Shown in pieces: positions 9,233 to 20,019 of a stretch of 64,000 bases of DNA. Under the pieces are notes generated by a model. It ran no database searches, had not been told where the DNA came from, and saw only the letters and a program-made list of their open reading frames with translations. Origin of the DNA: an uncultured Pseudomonadota bacterium (GTDB lineage: Bacteria; Oederibacteriota; Muellerivitia; Muellerivitales; Muellerivitaceae). Positions within the stretch are counted from its first letter, which is position 1. Every line of letters begins with the position of its first letter. The stretch is taken from positions 160,001 to 224,000 of the forward strand of contig CAWJKT010000006.1 in the NCBI GenBank assembly GCA_963843375.1, written 5' to 3'. Position numbers and translations under genes: made by a program.

Positions 9233-10486
9233 CTAGATAGAATCCCCGAACCATTTCTTCATTCGGCCCAGGATATTGTTAAAAGCGTCCGCCCCCGACG
9301 AGAGGGAGTTGCGTTTACCGCCCTGCGGCCTTTGGGACTGCATTCCCATCAATACCAGACCCACCGCGGTGGAATAACTCGGGTTGGAGACCACATCCGT
9401 CAATCCGCCGATCCTTTTGGGTGACCCGATCCTCACCGGGAGTTGAAGGATTTTCTCCGCCAGTTCCGCGGTTCCCTCCATCAAGGCGGCCCCGCCAGTA
9501 ATGACCACGCCCGCCGGTATCCGGTCCTCAAACCCGTGTTTCTTCAGTTCCGATCCCACCAATTCGAAAATCTCCTCCATGCGCGCCTCGATGATTTCCG
9601 AAAGAACCCTGCGAGGCATGCGGCGATCCGGCCTTCCTCCCACGCCCGGGACGGTAATTTCCTCCTCTTCCTTGACGATGGCCGTATAGGCGCAGCCAAA
9701 CTGGATTTTGATGGCCTCCGCCTCGGTGTTGGGGGTTCGAAGCCCCACCGCCACGTCGCTGGTCACCAAAGTGCCTCCCAGGGTGATGATGCCGGTGTGC
9801 CAAAGGGAACCGTTGATGAAGACCGCGATATCGGTGGTTCCGCCGCCGATGTCCACCAAAACCACACCCAATTCCTTCTCGTCCGCCGAGAGAATGGCTT
9901 CCGCCGAAGCCAGGGGTTGAAGAATGATGTCGGCCACCTGGATACCGGCCCGCTCCACGCTCCGAACGATGTTCTGGACGCTGGTGACGGCTCCGGTCAC
10001 GACATGGACTTCGGCTTCCAGCCGAACTCCCGACATGCCCACGGGATTCTTGATGCCATCCTGGTCGTCGACGATGTATTCCTGGGGAATCACATGGATA
10101 ATCTCCCGGTCCAGGGGAATGGCGATGGCCTGGGCCGCCTCAATCACCCTTTCCCTGTCCTCCTCGGTAATTTCCTTGTCTTTACGGGATACTGCGATAA
10201 CGCCCCGGCTGTTGAGTCCCTTGATGTGGCCGCCCGCGACGCCCGCGAAGGCGGATGAAATCTCCACCCCCGCCATGCGTTCGGCGTCTTGGACGGACTT
10301 TTTGATGGAGGCGATGGTTTGCTCGATATTCACCACCGAACCCTTTTTAAGCCCCGTAGAAGGGGTGGTTCCCACCCCGATGATATGGACTTGCCCCTCG
10401 TCATCTTGTTCCCCGATGATGGTGCAGACTTTGGTCGTCCCTAGGTCCAACCCCACCACGATGTCCTGCTTTTGCTCCTTAGCCAT
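9233..10486 (-). CDS. ftsA: Cell division protein FtsA
   Basis: GLDLGTTKV, DIGGGTTD, GVVITGG; AGGAGG RBS. Confidence 0.99.
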   Translation of the reverse strand: MAKEQKQDIVVGLDLGTTKVCTIIGEQDDEGQVHIIGVGTTPSTGLKKGSVVNIEQTIASIKKSVQDAERMAGVEISSAFAGVAGGHIKGLNSRGVIAVSRKDKEITEEDRERVIEAAQAIAIPLDREIIHVIPQEYIVDDQDGIKNPVGMSGVRLEAEVHVVTGAVTSVQNIVRSVERAGIQVADIILQPLASAEAILSADEKELGVVLVDIGGGTTDIAVFINGSLWHTGIITLGGTLVTSDVAVGLRTPNTEAEAIKIQFGCAYTAIVKEEEEITVPGVGGRPDRRMPRRVLSEIIEARMEEIFELVGSELKKHGFEDRIPAGVVITGGAALMEGTAELAEKILQLPVRIGSPKRIGGLTDVVSNPSYSTAVGLVLMGMQSQRPQGGKRNSLSSGADAFNNILGRMKKWFGDSI

Positions 10487-10657
10487 TCAACTCACCTCCT
10501 TGTATTTATCGTTTGGCCGCCGAGAAGCAGCGGCACGGCCCAAAACAAACTTTCAGCACTTTCAAGTTCAAATGTTTCGCCTTGCCGATCACCTTTTGGG
10601 ATTCCGGCATCAGTTTTTTCAAGCGGCTCCGGTAGTAACGGAAAGCTCTTGTGCTCT

Positions 10658-11680
10658 TCATTGCCCGCCCCTCGTTTTCACCAGCACCATGTCCCGGTAA
10701 CGGAAATCCATGGCGCCCGCGCGTTTTCCCTTCTCATTCAAATCACTCAACACGAGAGCCATGCGCCTGAGCACACTCTCATCGATCGGCGGATTGAAGA
10801 TGGCCTGGATACCATCGATAAATGTCACTTTGATCGAATCCGGTTCGGAAAGATTCACCTCCGAGACATCCTGGGCCATGACCGGATCCTTCTTTTGAAG
10901 GAACGAAAAGAAACTCAAAGCCGGCTCCAGGGATTCGGCCATGGAAGTGGTGCCGACCGCATCCACCTTCAAGGGTATTCCCGAAATCAATGGCAAATCC
11001 TCCTGAAGCAAAGCGGGCTCGGGGGACAGAACCCGTCCTTCCCGATCCACCCCGTAAAGGGACCCGTTATCCAAAAGGGCGATGGGCTTACGCTCCCGGA
11101 CGGAAATCAGGATCGTACGGGGCAGGCGCCTTTCCACAAAAACCCTTTCCACCCAGTCCATTTTCTGGACCTTTTGGCTCGCTTCGTTTAAATCCAACTT
11201 GAACATGCTTTCCCCCAATGGCAGCGCCACGGTTTTCACGATCTCGTCTTCCGACAGGTAACGGTTGCCTTCCACGCTTACCTTTTCCAGTTTCAACCCC
11301 GCCACATCCTGTAAAACCTCGGTCGTCTTGTTTTTCGACCAAATCAGCGCCAGAACCAAGATGACCAGGCCCCCCAATTTGAATATCCACATCGTGCTCT
11401 TCAACGAAGGCGCCTTGGCGACCCAAGACCGATACTTTTTGGAAAATCCCGGCGTATCTTCCACCGGGGTGATCCCCGGCCGGTAAAAGGCATAGGCCTT
11501 TTGTTCCTTCCGGACGACCGGCTTTTCCTTCTTTTCAAACAATTTCAGGAAAAGCGGGTTCTTACCCTCTTCCCCTCCGCCGTTTCGGTTAGACCGGAAT
11601 CGAACGCTCGACGTCACCCCCGCTGAATTAAACCGGGGAGATTTTTCACTTAATGGAACCCGTGAACCCCGGTAATACAT
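10658..11680 (-). CDS. ftsQ: Cell division protein FtsQ/DivIB (POTRA)
   Basis: Single TM, VEGNRYLSEDEI, VERRLPRTILISVRERKP, DFRY; located between ddl and ftsA. Confidence 0.92.
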   Translation of the reverse strand: MYYRGSRVPLSEKSPRFNSAGVTSSVRFRSNRNGGGEEGKNPLFLKLFEKKEKPVVRKEQKAYAFYRPGITPVEDTPGFSKKYRSWVAKAPSLKSTMWIFKLGGLVILVLALIWSKNKTTEVLQDVAGLKLEKVSVEGNRYLSEDEIVKTVALPLGESMFKLDLNEASQKVQKMDWVERVFVERRLPRTILISVRERKPIALLDNGSLYGVDREGRVLSPEPALLQEDLPLISGIPLKVDAVGTTSMAESLEPALSFFSFLQKKDPVMAQDVSEVNLSEPDSIKVTFIDGIQAIFNPPIDESVLRRMALVLSDLNEKGKRAGAMDFRYRDMVLVKTRGGQ

Positions 11681-12615
11681 CAGTTTTCATTCCTCCTCTT
11701 CAAAGCCATCTTCACCAGCCTTTTCAGCAGTTGGGGGAACGAAATCCCCACCGCCCTTGCCGAATCCGGAAAAAGACTGGTCGCCGTCATTCCCGGCGCA
11801 GTGTTGACTTCCAGCACCTGGGGGCTCCCTTTTTTGGGAATGATCAGGTCCACCCGGTAATAATCTTCACAACCCATGGCCTTCCCGGCCTTCACCGACA
11901 TCCTTTTGGCTTTGGCGGCCTGCGCCGCGGGAATACGGGCCGGAATGATGTGTTCCGATTGGCCGGGCGTATACCTTGTTTTAAAGTTGTAAAAATCAGC
12001 CTTTGGCACTATCTCCACGACTGGCAATGCCTTGCCTTCCAGGACCGCCACCGTGGCTTCCATTCCCGGGATAAATTTTTCCACCATCGCCCATTGGCTG
12101 TATTTGAAGGCCAATTGAATGGCGCCCGTCAATTGGCTTTTTTCCCTAACGATCGTCACTCCGATAGCGGATCCCGCGTCAGCCGGTTTCACGACCAAGG
12201 GAATTTTGATTTTGATTTCCTTCAACCATTGGGACCTGGGGGTGCTTTTGTGCAAGGCCTGCCAGGGCGCGGTCGGTATTTTTTTCCCTTCAAAAACCAG
12301 CTTGGAACATCCCTTGTGCATCGCCAGTCCGGATGCCAAAGCCCCCGATCCCGTATAGGGAATCCCCCATTTATCCAGCAGAGCCTGAAGCGTCCCGTCT
12401 TCGCCAAAGCCTCCGTGCAAGGCGATAAAAAGCGCGTCAAACTTCCCGCTTTTAAGCCGCTTCTCTAAGCGCTTTTCATTCTTATCAGCGGCGGTCAACA
12501 CCACCGGCAGGGATTTAACTCCGGCTTTTTGAAGGCCTTCCACCACCATTCTTCCTGACATCATTGAGACATTTTTTTCGGGGCTCCACCCGCCCATCAA
12601 CACGCCGACTTTCAT
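11680..12615 (-). CDS. ddl: D-alanine--D-alanine ligase
   Basis: LMGGWSPE, LHGGFGEDG, EVNTAPGMT. Confidence 0.97.
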   Translation of the reverse strand: MKVGVLMGGWSPEKNVSMMSGRMVVEGLQKAGVKSLPVVLTAADKNEKRLEKRLKSGKFDALFIALHGGFGEDGTLQALLDKWGIPYTGSGALASGLAMHKGCSKLVFEGKKIPTAPWQALHKSTPRSQWLKEIKIKIPLVVKPADAGSAIGVTIVREKSQLTGAIQLAFKYSQWAMVEKFIPGMEATVAVLEGKALPVVEIVPKADFYNFKTRYTPGQSEHIIPARIPAAQAAKAKRMSVKAGKAMGCEDYYRVDLIIPKKGSPQVLEVNTAPGMTATSLFPDSARAVGISFPQLLKRLVKMALKRRNEN

Positions 12616-12675
12616 CTTGTTCTCCGGTCCCTTAGATTTCCCAGCCCTGTTGTTGTAGGTATTGTTCGTCTTAAG

Positions 12676-13665
12676 TCATCGGCCATGATGAAAACTCCAC
12701 CAAACGTCCTTGATTTCATCCCAGTCCCAATCCCCCAAAGGCAGGATCTCGGGCTCCAGCTTGATCTGGTATTGATCCCAAACCCTTTTCTGAATCTCCC
12801 GCATCACGGCGACGACGTCATGGGCCGTGGCGTCCCCCTCGTTGATAATAAAATTGGCGTGTATCTCGCTCACCCGGGCTCCGCCCTTTTTGAAACCTTT
12901 CAGCCCCACCGATTCCGTCAGCCTTCCGGCGAAGTTTCCTTCCGGATTCTTGAAAACGCTGCCCGCGTTTTTCTCTACCCGGGGCTGTTTGCCCCGGCGA
13001 ACCTTGAAATATTCCTTCACCTTTTTCTCGATCGCGTCCTTGGGCTCTTTTTTAAGCTTTAACACCGCCTCCACCAGCACATTGCCGCTCAACTTCAAAT
13101 TCGATTGGCGGTATCCATAGCTGTAATCCGCCCTGTTCAAATGCTTCACTTCCCCATGGGGCGTCACAATGGTAAGTTCCTCCACGGTGGGCCCGATCCA
13201 GGCCTTCTTCGCCCCCGCGTTGCCAACGACCGCCCCGCCCAGGGTGCCGGGAATACCCGCGAAAAATTCAACTCCCCCCAGCCCCGCTTCCCGGGTCTTG
13301 GCCAAAACCGTCACCAGTTTGGTGGCGGCCTTCACCCGCACCCGGTTCCCTTCGATATAAATTCCTTGAAAACCCCGGCCCAGACGGATGACCGCGCCCT
13401 CAAATCCCTCATCGGCGAAAAGAACGTTGCTGCCGCCCCCCAGCATGAGATAGGGGACTTCCGCGTGGGTCATGCATCTCAAAAGCTCGCCCAAATCCTC
13501 ATTCGATTGGGGTTCCACAAAAACCGCGGCCTTGCCGCCCAAGTGGTAGGTGGTATAGGGAGCAATGGAATGGTTCAGTTCCACCTTTCCCTTGATGAGG
13601 GTTTTAAGTTCTCTGAAATCCACTTCTTGCCTTTCCTGCCGCCGCACGGCGTATCCCACAATCAC
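12676..13665 (-). CDS. murB: UDP-N-acetylmuramate dehydrogenase; true stop may be 12612 if one extra base near 12690 is removed
   Basis: GGGSNVL, GIPGTLGG, AGSVFKNP, HANFIIN. Confidence 0.96.
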   Translation of the reverse strand: MIVGYAVRRQERQEVDFRELKTLIKGKVELNHSIAPYTTYHLGGKAAVFVEPQSNEDLGELLRCMTHAEVPYLMLGGGSNVLFADEGFEGAVIRLGRGFQGIYIEGNRVRVKAATKLVTVLAKTREAGLGGVEFFAGIPGTLGGAVVGNAGAKKAWIGPTVEELTIVTPHGEVKHLNRADYSYGYRQSNLKLSGNVLVEAVLKLKKEPKDAIEKKVKEYFKVRRGKQPRVEKNAGSVFKNPEGNFAGRLTESVGLKGFKKGGARVSEIHANFIINEGDATAHDVVAVMREIQKRVWDQYQIKLEPEILPLGDWDWDEIKDVWWSFHHGR

Positions 13666-13668
13666 GCC

Positions 13669-15072
13669 TTATCCCTTATGCTTCTGGACGAGATCGCTTC
13701 CCACTTTCCAGATGTCCCCCGCCCCCATGGTTAAAAGCACGTGTTTGTCGGTTAAATGAGCCTTCAGGTACTCCAAAAGAACCGCTCGGTCCTCGATATA
13801 ACGCACGTTGGTTTGCCGGTTCTCCCTCAAGGCTTCCACAAGTGTCAAACCCGTCACCCCTGGAATAGGTTTCTCGCGGGAAGGATAGATGGCGGCGATT
13901 ACCACCTCATCGGCGTCGCCGAAGGATTTTCCGAATTTATCCCGTAAAAGCTGGGTGCGGGAGAAGAGATGGGGTTGAAACACAACCAGCAATTTCTTGG
14001 AACCGGCGAAGTTCTTGGCCGCCCGAAGCGTTTCGAATACCGCCGTGGGATGATGGGCGTAATCGTCCACCACCGTGGCCCCCTTATAAGAGCCCTTGAT
14101 TTCAAACCGCCTCTTTGCCCCATGGAAGCGAAACAATCCCAACGCGATTTTCTTGAAGGGAATCTTGAGTTCCAGTCCCACGGCCACCGCCGCCAGGGCG
14201 TTTTGAATGTTAAATCGGCCCGGCACGTTCAGTTTCACCGTTCCCATTTTCTTCCCCTGATAGGAGACTTCAAAAATTGATCCGGTTTTTTCAAGCCGGA
14301 CCTTCTGGGCCGAAACCTGCGCCTGTTTGGAAAATCCATAGGTCAATACCCGCCGCTTGATCTGGGGAATGATCATCCGAACCTGGGGATCGTCCGCCCC
14401 AAGAATCACGCAGCCGTAGAAAGGAACCTTATTCGCGAATTCCACGAAGGCTTCCCTTACCTTGTCGATTGAGCCGTAATAGTCCAAGTGGTCATCATCG
14501 ATATTGGTGACAACAGAAATCATGGGCGAAAGCAGGAAAAATTCGCCAAAAGCCTCGCAAGCCTCCGCCACCAGGTAATCGCCCTTGCCCAGCTTGGCGT
14601 TGGACTTGAACACATCCACCTGGCCCCCGATGACCAAAGTCGGATCCAATTTCCCTTCGGTCATGACCAAACCGATCATGGAAGTGGTGGTAGTTTTGCC
14701 GTGGGTTCCCGAAATGGCGATGCCGTATTTCAGCCGCATCAGTTCGGCCAGCATCTCGGTGCGGGGGATGACCGGGATCGAACGCCTATGGGCTTCCACA
14801 ATTTCCGGGTTGTCCATGGGAACCGCGGCGGAATAAACCGCCACGTCCGCGCCCACCACATGGGAGGCTTTGTGGCCGAAGTGGATATCCGCGCCCATTT
14901 CCGTGAGACGATCGGTCACATCGGAGGCCTTCAAATCCGACCCCGAAACCTTGTAATGCAAACTCAGCAGCACCGCCGCGATGCCGCTCATACCGGCGCC
15001 GCCGATGCCGATAAAATGCACCCGCTTCACGTTTCCGAAAGGCTGGGTTAGTTTTCTAAAGCTTGATTTCAC
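13669..15072 (-). CDS. murC: UDP-N-acetylmuramate--L-alanine ligase
   Basis: GIGGAGMS, GTHGKTTT, DDYAHHP, FQPH. Confidence 0.98.
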   Translation of the reverse strand: MKSSFRKLTQPFGNVKRVHFIGIGGAGMSGIAAVLLSLHYKVSGSDLKASDVTDRLTEMGADIHFGHKASHVVGADVAVYSAAVPMDNPEIVEAHRRSIPVIPRTEMLAELMRLKYGIAISGTHGKTTTTSMIGLVMTEGKLDPTLVIGGQVDVFKSNAKLGKGDYLVAEACEAFGEFFLLSPMISVVTNIDDDHLDYYGSIDKVREAFVEFANKVPFYGCVILGADDPQVRMIIPQIKRRVLTYGFSKQAQVSAQKVRLEKTGSIFEVSYQGKKMGTVKLNVPGRFNIQNALAAVAVGLELKIPFKKIALGLFRFHGAKRRFEIKGSYKGATVVDDYAHHPTAVFETLRAAKNFAGSKKLLVVFQPHLFSRTQLLRDKFGKSFGDADEVVIAAIYPSREKPIPGVTGLTLVEALRENRQTNVRYIEDRAVLLEYLKAHLTDKHVLLTMGAGDIWKVGSDLVQKHKG

Positions 15073-16182
15073 GCCGCTTTCCTTTTGTTCGCCATTTTTA
15101 AGAGTTCCCCCACGATGTCCGATGCCGCCTGGAGCTTGGCCAGGTTCCTGGCTTTCCCGCCCATGTCCTTGAGTTTTTCCTCATCCGAGAGCAGGGAGAT
15201 CAGGGTCTGAGCCAGCTTTTCTTCGTCCAGTTCCTTTTCGGTAATCACGACTGCCGATCCAGCCTTCTCCAGACGCTCTCGCATTCATCTCCTGATGTGC
15301 GGAAGCGTGGGGATACGGTATAAAAAGAGCCGGCAACCCCCGGCTTAGGATTTCGGCGCAGGTCATGGCTCCGGCCCTCGCCACTACCAGGTCTGCCGCC
15401 GCGTAGGCTTCGTGAATGTTGCTGATAAAGGGCCTCAAAACCACCTTCAGGGCGCACTTCTCCAGGGCGTCCACCGTCTTGCGGTAATCGTCCCATCCGG
15501 TCATCATGATGACCTGCACCATCTGGTCCCCTTCTCCCAGAAACTTGACCACTTCCGTCATGAATTGGTTCAAAGAATGCGCTCCCTGGCTTCCGCCCAG
15601 CATCAGCAGCGTGGTGGTGTCCGGATTCAACCCGAAACTCTCTCTTGATTTCACTTTCTCCGCCGTCACGATTTCGTCCCGAACTGGAATTCCCGTCCAT
15701 AGGGTTCTCCTTTTGGAAAAGTGTTTTAAAGCGTCCTCAAACCCGACGAAAATCCTCCTTGAAAACAAAGATAAAAACCTCGCGGCCAATCCCGGAACCA
15801 CATTAGGCTCGAAAAGGCCCACCGGAACCCCCCGCAAGGCCGCCGCCAGCGACACCGGCACCGAGACGTAACCGCCCGTGGAAAAAACGGCATCGGGCCG
15901 GAACCTTCCCACAATCCGGGCCGCCTGGGAAAGACTCCGGGTGAACTCAAACCAAAAAGTAAAAAGCCTCACCGACAGTCCCCGGGGGAAACTGGTGGTT
16001 TGGATTCCCTCGAACTGGAAGCCTGAGTCGGGGACCCATTTGGATTCCCGCCCTTCGCTCTTACCCACGTAAAGCAATTCGACCTCCGGATGTTTCGACA
16101 GTTCCCGCGCGATGGCGATACCGGGAAAGATATGCCCCCCCGTTCCCCCGCCGGTGATGATGATTTTCGTTTTCGAATCCAA
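15069..16182 (-). CDS. murG: MurG glycosyltransferase, split by one frameshift near 15280 (probable assembly artefact)
   Basis: GGGTGGHIFP, GGSQGA, RAGAMT, HQEMNA; continues in the 15069..15284 frame (ERLEKAG). Confidence 0.95.
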
Positions 16183-16220
16183 TCCCCATTCCTTCCTCGC
16201 TTTTCTTCAACCCAAAAACT

Positions 16221-17387
16221 TCAGCTAACCGCCGAAGGCTGCCAGCCGCCCGCCGATGTCAGCGGCGATGGCAATTTGATTCCCCGTGAAATGTTGAAAA
16301 GAATGCCAATCGAAGCAAGGGTGAACACCATGGAAGATCCCCCGTATGAAATGAGGGGCAATGGAATCCCCTTGGTGGGCAATAGACCGGTGACCACCCC
16401 CAGGTTGACCAGGGCTTGGAATCCGATCAAACCCGTAATTCCAGAAGCTAAAAGGGCTTGGAACAAACCGCCTTCCTTTTGGCTGATGGCTGAGGCGATT
16501 TTGAATCCCCGTAAAATGAACACGGCGAAGATAAACACCAATGTCCCCGCCCCCACCAAACCCAATTCCTCGGCGATGATGGCGAAAATAAAATCCGTAT
16601 GGGGAGCCGGAAGATAAAAAAGCTTTTGTGAGCTGTTGGAAAGTCCCACACCAAATGGACCCCCATTTCCCACCGCGATCAAACTTTGGATCAATTGAAA
16701 GCCCGCCCCTTGAGGATCGTCCCAGGGGTTGAGGAAGGCGGTAATTCGTTTCATGCGGTAGCTGGCCGATTCCACCAGGAAGATGAAGACCGGAATCAGG
16801 ATGGACAAGGGGATAAGGAAAAAAGTCAATTGCATTCCCGCCAGGAACAATAAAAGGATGGTGACAAGAGCCAGCAGGACCGCCGTGCCGAAGTCATGCT
16901 GCTTTTCCAGAAGCAGCATGCAGATACCCAAAATGGCCAGATAGGGGAACAAGCCGGAAAAATTCACCAGCGTTTGCTTGCGTCGGTCCAGCGAATCCGC
17001 CAGATAAAAAACCAGGACGATTTTCAGGGTTTCGGAAGGTTGGAAGGAAAAAGGCCCCAATCGGAACCATCTTTGGGCGCCGCCTACCGTTCGGCCAATG
17101 CCCGGGACGCAGACCAAAATCATCAGTAAAAGAGCCATAAAAAGCCCGGGAATAGCCAGGGCCCGCAAATTATCCAGGTTCACCCGGGAAGTCACCCACA
17201 TGCCGAAACAACCCACCACCACCCACAGAAGCTGGCGGACGAAAAAGTAATAGGAATTCCCATAGCGGTCATGGGCCAGGATGGCCGAGGCGCTATAAAT
17301 CATGATGAGCCCCACCGTCACCAGAATCAGGGTGAGCAGGAACATCAGGAAATCCGGCGAAGGCTGTTCTTTGGTTCTTAAACCCAT
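16221..17387 (-). CDS. ftsW: SEDS peptidoglycan polymerase FtsW
   Basis: GAQRW, FQPSE, HTDFIF, PTKGIPLPLISYGGSS. Confidence 0.97.
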   Translation of the reverse strand: MGLRTKEQPSPDFLMFLLTLILVTVGLIMIYSASAILAHDRYGNSYYFFVRQLLWVVVGCFGMWVTSRVNLDNLRALAIPGLFMALLLMILVCVPGIGRTVGGAQRWFRLGPFSFQPSETLKIVLVFYLADSLDRRKQTLVNFSGLFPYLAILGICMLLLEKQHDFGTAVLLALVTILLLFLAGMQLTFFLIPLSILIPVFIFLVESASYRMKRITAFLNPWDDPQGAGFQLIQSLIAVGNGGPFGVGLSNSSQKLFYLPAPHTDFIFAIIAEELGLVGAGTLVFIFAVFILRGFKIASAISQKEGGLFQALLASGITGLIGFQALVNLGVVTGLLPTKGIPLPLISYGGSSMVFTLASIGILFNISRGIKLPSPLTSAGGWQPSAVS

Positions 17388-17398
17388 TTGAACCCCCT

Positions 17399-17499
17399 GG
17401 TTTTCATCCCTTCGTTCGGATTCCGAACAGAGTGTTGGTAAGTGTTGAAAAGGCGTTGTTGAATGTTGCTGTCAGAATCCGAGCGCAAGAATGAAAACC
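17399..17499 (-). other. Long intergenic stem-loop (~31-bp stem, 38-nt CAACA-rich loop) between murD and ftsW
   Basis: Arms 17469-17499 and 17399-17430 pair on the mRNA strand with G-U wobbles, two mismatches and one bulge. Confidence 0.7.
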
Positions 17500-17531
17500 T
17501 CCTTCCGTTGTAAAAATGAAGTAGTCGGCCT

Positions 17532-18912
17532 TTAAACATTTACTTTTCCAGCCTTCTGGTGGGCGATCTTCTGCACCACCGCCTTAAATTGCCTTCCCCG
17601 ATCCTCATAATTCTGGAACATATCGAAACTGGCGCACCCGGGAGAAAAGAGCACCACCCCGCCTTTTTCCGAGGCCACATAGGCTCCGTTCACCGTTTCC
17701 TCGAGCGTTCCGGCTTCCACCACCGTCGCGGCGGACGAGAGCTGCTGAACCACCTTCGTTTTGCACTCGCCGAAAGCCACGATTCGGGTCACTTTTTCCT
17801 TCACCAAGGGAGCCAAACGGGTGAAATCCCCCGCCTTGTCCCTTCCCCCCAGGATCAAGACGATGGGACGCTCAAAACTTTCAAGGGCTTTCAAAACCGA
17901 ATCAATATTGGTTCCCTTGGAATCATTCACGAACCGCACCCCGTTGATTTCTCCCGCCGCTTCCAGACGATGTTCCACCCCGGTGAATTCCAAGAGGGTC
18001 TTCGGCGATAGACTCATCCGAAACCCCGCAGAGGGAAGCCATCAGGGCCGCCGCGCAGGCGTTCTCCAAATTATGAGGACCCGGAATTTTCAAATCAGAA
18101 GCCGTGATCAAGGAGCGCCCCAAAAGCTCGATCTTCTCCCCGACCACAAAACAACCGGGTTTGGCAATGCCCTTGTTTCCGGGAAAACCAAAAAGATAAA
18201 GCTGGCTCTTGACCAGGCTGGAAAGAATAGGGGTGTATTTATCGGAAGCGTTCAGAATGGCGAAATCATCGCTCTTCTGGTTTTCAAAAATGCGGCCCTT
18301 GATTTCCACGTAATTCTGCATCCCTTCATGCCGGTCCAAATGATCCGGAGTCACGTTCAGGATGGAAGCTACCCGGGGCCGGAATTCCTCAATGGTTTCC
18401 AATTGGAAGCTGGAAACTTCCAAGACCGCCCAATCCTCGCTGGAAAGCTCAAAAACCGTTTCCGCGAAGGCTTTCCCGATATTTCCGCAAGCGACCGCTT
18501 TGCGGCCCCCCGCGTTGATCATGGCCGCCAGTAAGGTGGTGGTGGTGGTTTTCCCGTTGGTTCCCGTAATGGCCGCAACCGCTGCCGGACAATAGCTGAA
18601 AGCCAGTTCCATTTCCCCGATCACCGTGATTCCCTTATCCCGAGCCTCCACCAAAGCCGGGTGGTTGAAGGGAATGCCCGGCGAAGTTACCACCAAATCC
18701 GAGTTGCGAACGGTCGCGGGATCGATTCCCCCGAGCATGAGCTGGACATGTCCGAAGTCCTTGCACTTCTCAATCCATACCGAAAGCTTCTCGGGGGTCT
18801 TATCATCGAGAATCACCACATGGGCCCCATGGACGGAGAGAAGACGGGCCGCGGCGAATCCCGAGCGCCCCAGACCGATCACCGCCACTTGTTTACCGTG
18901 TACGTAATGCAT
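17532..18912 (-). CDS. murD: UDP-N-acetylmuramoyl-L-alanine--D-glutamate ligase, split by one frameshift near 18005 (probable artefact)
   Basis: GLGRSG, GTNGKTTTT, LEVSSFQL, PDHLDRH; second frame HRLE, NDSKGTN, SPGCASFD. Confidence 0.96.
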
Positions 18913-18921
18913 CTTTTCCCC

Positions 18922-20010
18922 TTAACGAAGTTTCAAGGTGGACAAGGTGAGTAATGTCAAAATAATCGCCACAATCCAAAAACGGACGATGAGCTTGGAT
19001 TCCGGTACTCCGGAGAGTTCGAAATGGTGATGAAGCGGCGCCATTTTGAATATCCGCTTGCCGCTCATCTTGAAGGAAGTAACCTGGATGATGACCGAGA
19101 GGGCTTCCACGACGAAAATGCCGCCCACGATGATCAGAAGGATTTCCTGTTTCACCATTACCGCGATGGTGCCCAATAGGCCGCCCAGGGCCAGGGAACC
19201 CGTATCGCCCATAAAAATCTGGGCGGGCGGGGCGTTGAACCAAAGGAACCCGAGCCCCGCGCCTACCAAGGCCGCGCAAAGCACCGTCAATTCTCCCGCT
19301 CCCGGCACCGTGATGATTTTCAAGTATTCACTGAACTTCACGTTTCCGGCCACGTAGGTCACAACCACGAAGGCCATGGCCGCGAAGGTGGTGCATCCGA
19401 TGGCCAAACCGTCCAAGCCATCGGTGAGATTCACCGAGTTGGATGCGCTGACGATCACCAAGACCGCGAAAAATGGGTAAAGAACGTCCAGGTTCATCGG
19501 ATGCTTAAAGAAAGGAAGAGTAATGGATGTTTTCAACATGAAATCGTCGGGAAGCACCGAGAGGTAGCCGCCGACAATGATGATGGCCCCGATCGTCTGA
19601 AGGATAAGTTTCCAGGAACCGGGTATTCCCCTGCTTTTTCCGATTCCCTTGAGTTTTATCAGGTCATCCGCGAAACCGATGGCCCCGTACCAAAGCAGGG
19701 AGAAGAATGCCAGCCAGAAGAATTTGGAATCCCATCGAACCCAAAGAAGGGAGCTTAAACCCAGGGTAAAAAGCACCAAAACCCCGCCCATCGAAGGGGT
19801 TCCGGCTTTCGCGGAATGACTCGCCGGACCATCCTGGCGTATCTTCTCGCCTAATTGCAAACCCCGAATACGCTCGATCAGGCCTTTTCCAAAAAAGAGG
19901 CAAATCCCAAAGGCCGTGACGGCGGCATAAACGCTTCGGAATGTCACATAACGGAAGACATTAAAGCCGATAAAATGGGACGCCAACGGATAAAGCAAGT
20001 GATAAAGCAT
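18922..20010 (-). CDS. mraY: Phospho-N-acetylmuramoyl-pentapeptide transferase
   Basis: GTPSMGG, NLTDGLDGLA, FMGDTGS, MAPLHHHFE. Confidence 0.99.
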   Translation of the reverse strand: MLYHLLYPLASHFIGFNVFRYVTFRSVYAAVTAFGICLFFGKGLIERIRGLQLGEKIRQDGPASHSAKAGTPSMGGVLVLFTLGLSSLLWVRWDSKFFWLAFFSLLWYGAIGFADDLIKLKGIGKSRGIPGSWKLILQTIGAIIIVGGYLSVLPDDFMLKTSITLPFFKHPMNLDVLYPFFAVLVIVSASNSVNLTDGLDGLAIGCTTFAAMAFVVVTYVAGNVKFSEYLKIITVPGAGELTVLCAALVGAGLGFLWFNAPPAQIFMGDTGSLALGGLLGTIAVMVKQEILLIIVGGIFVVEALSVIIQVTSFKMSGKRIFKMAPLHHHFELSGVPESKLIVRFWIVAIILTLLTLSTLKLR

Positions 20011-20019
20011 TTGGTTTCC

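Noticed and set aside
12612..12686. 24-aa small ORF between murB and ddl
   Set aside because: Better explained as the true MurB C-terminus after a TT[T/C] doublet.
15069..18912. murG and murD as pseudogenes or programmed frameshifts
   Set aside because: Both genes are essential, their motifs are intact, and there is no slippery signal; they fit the window-wide insertion artefact.
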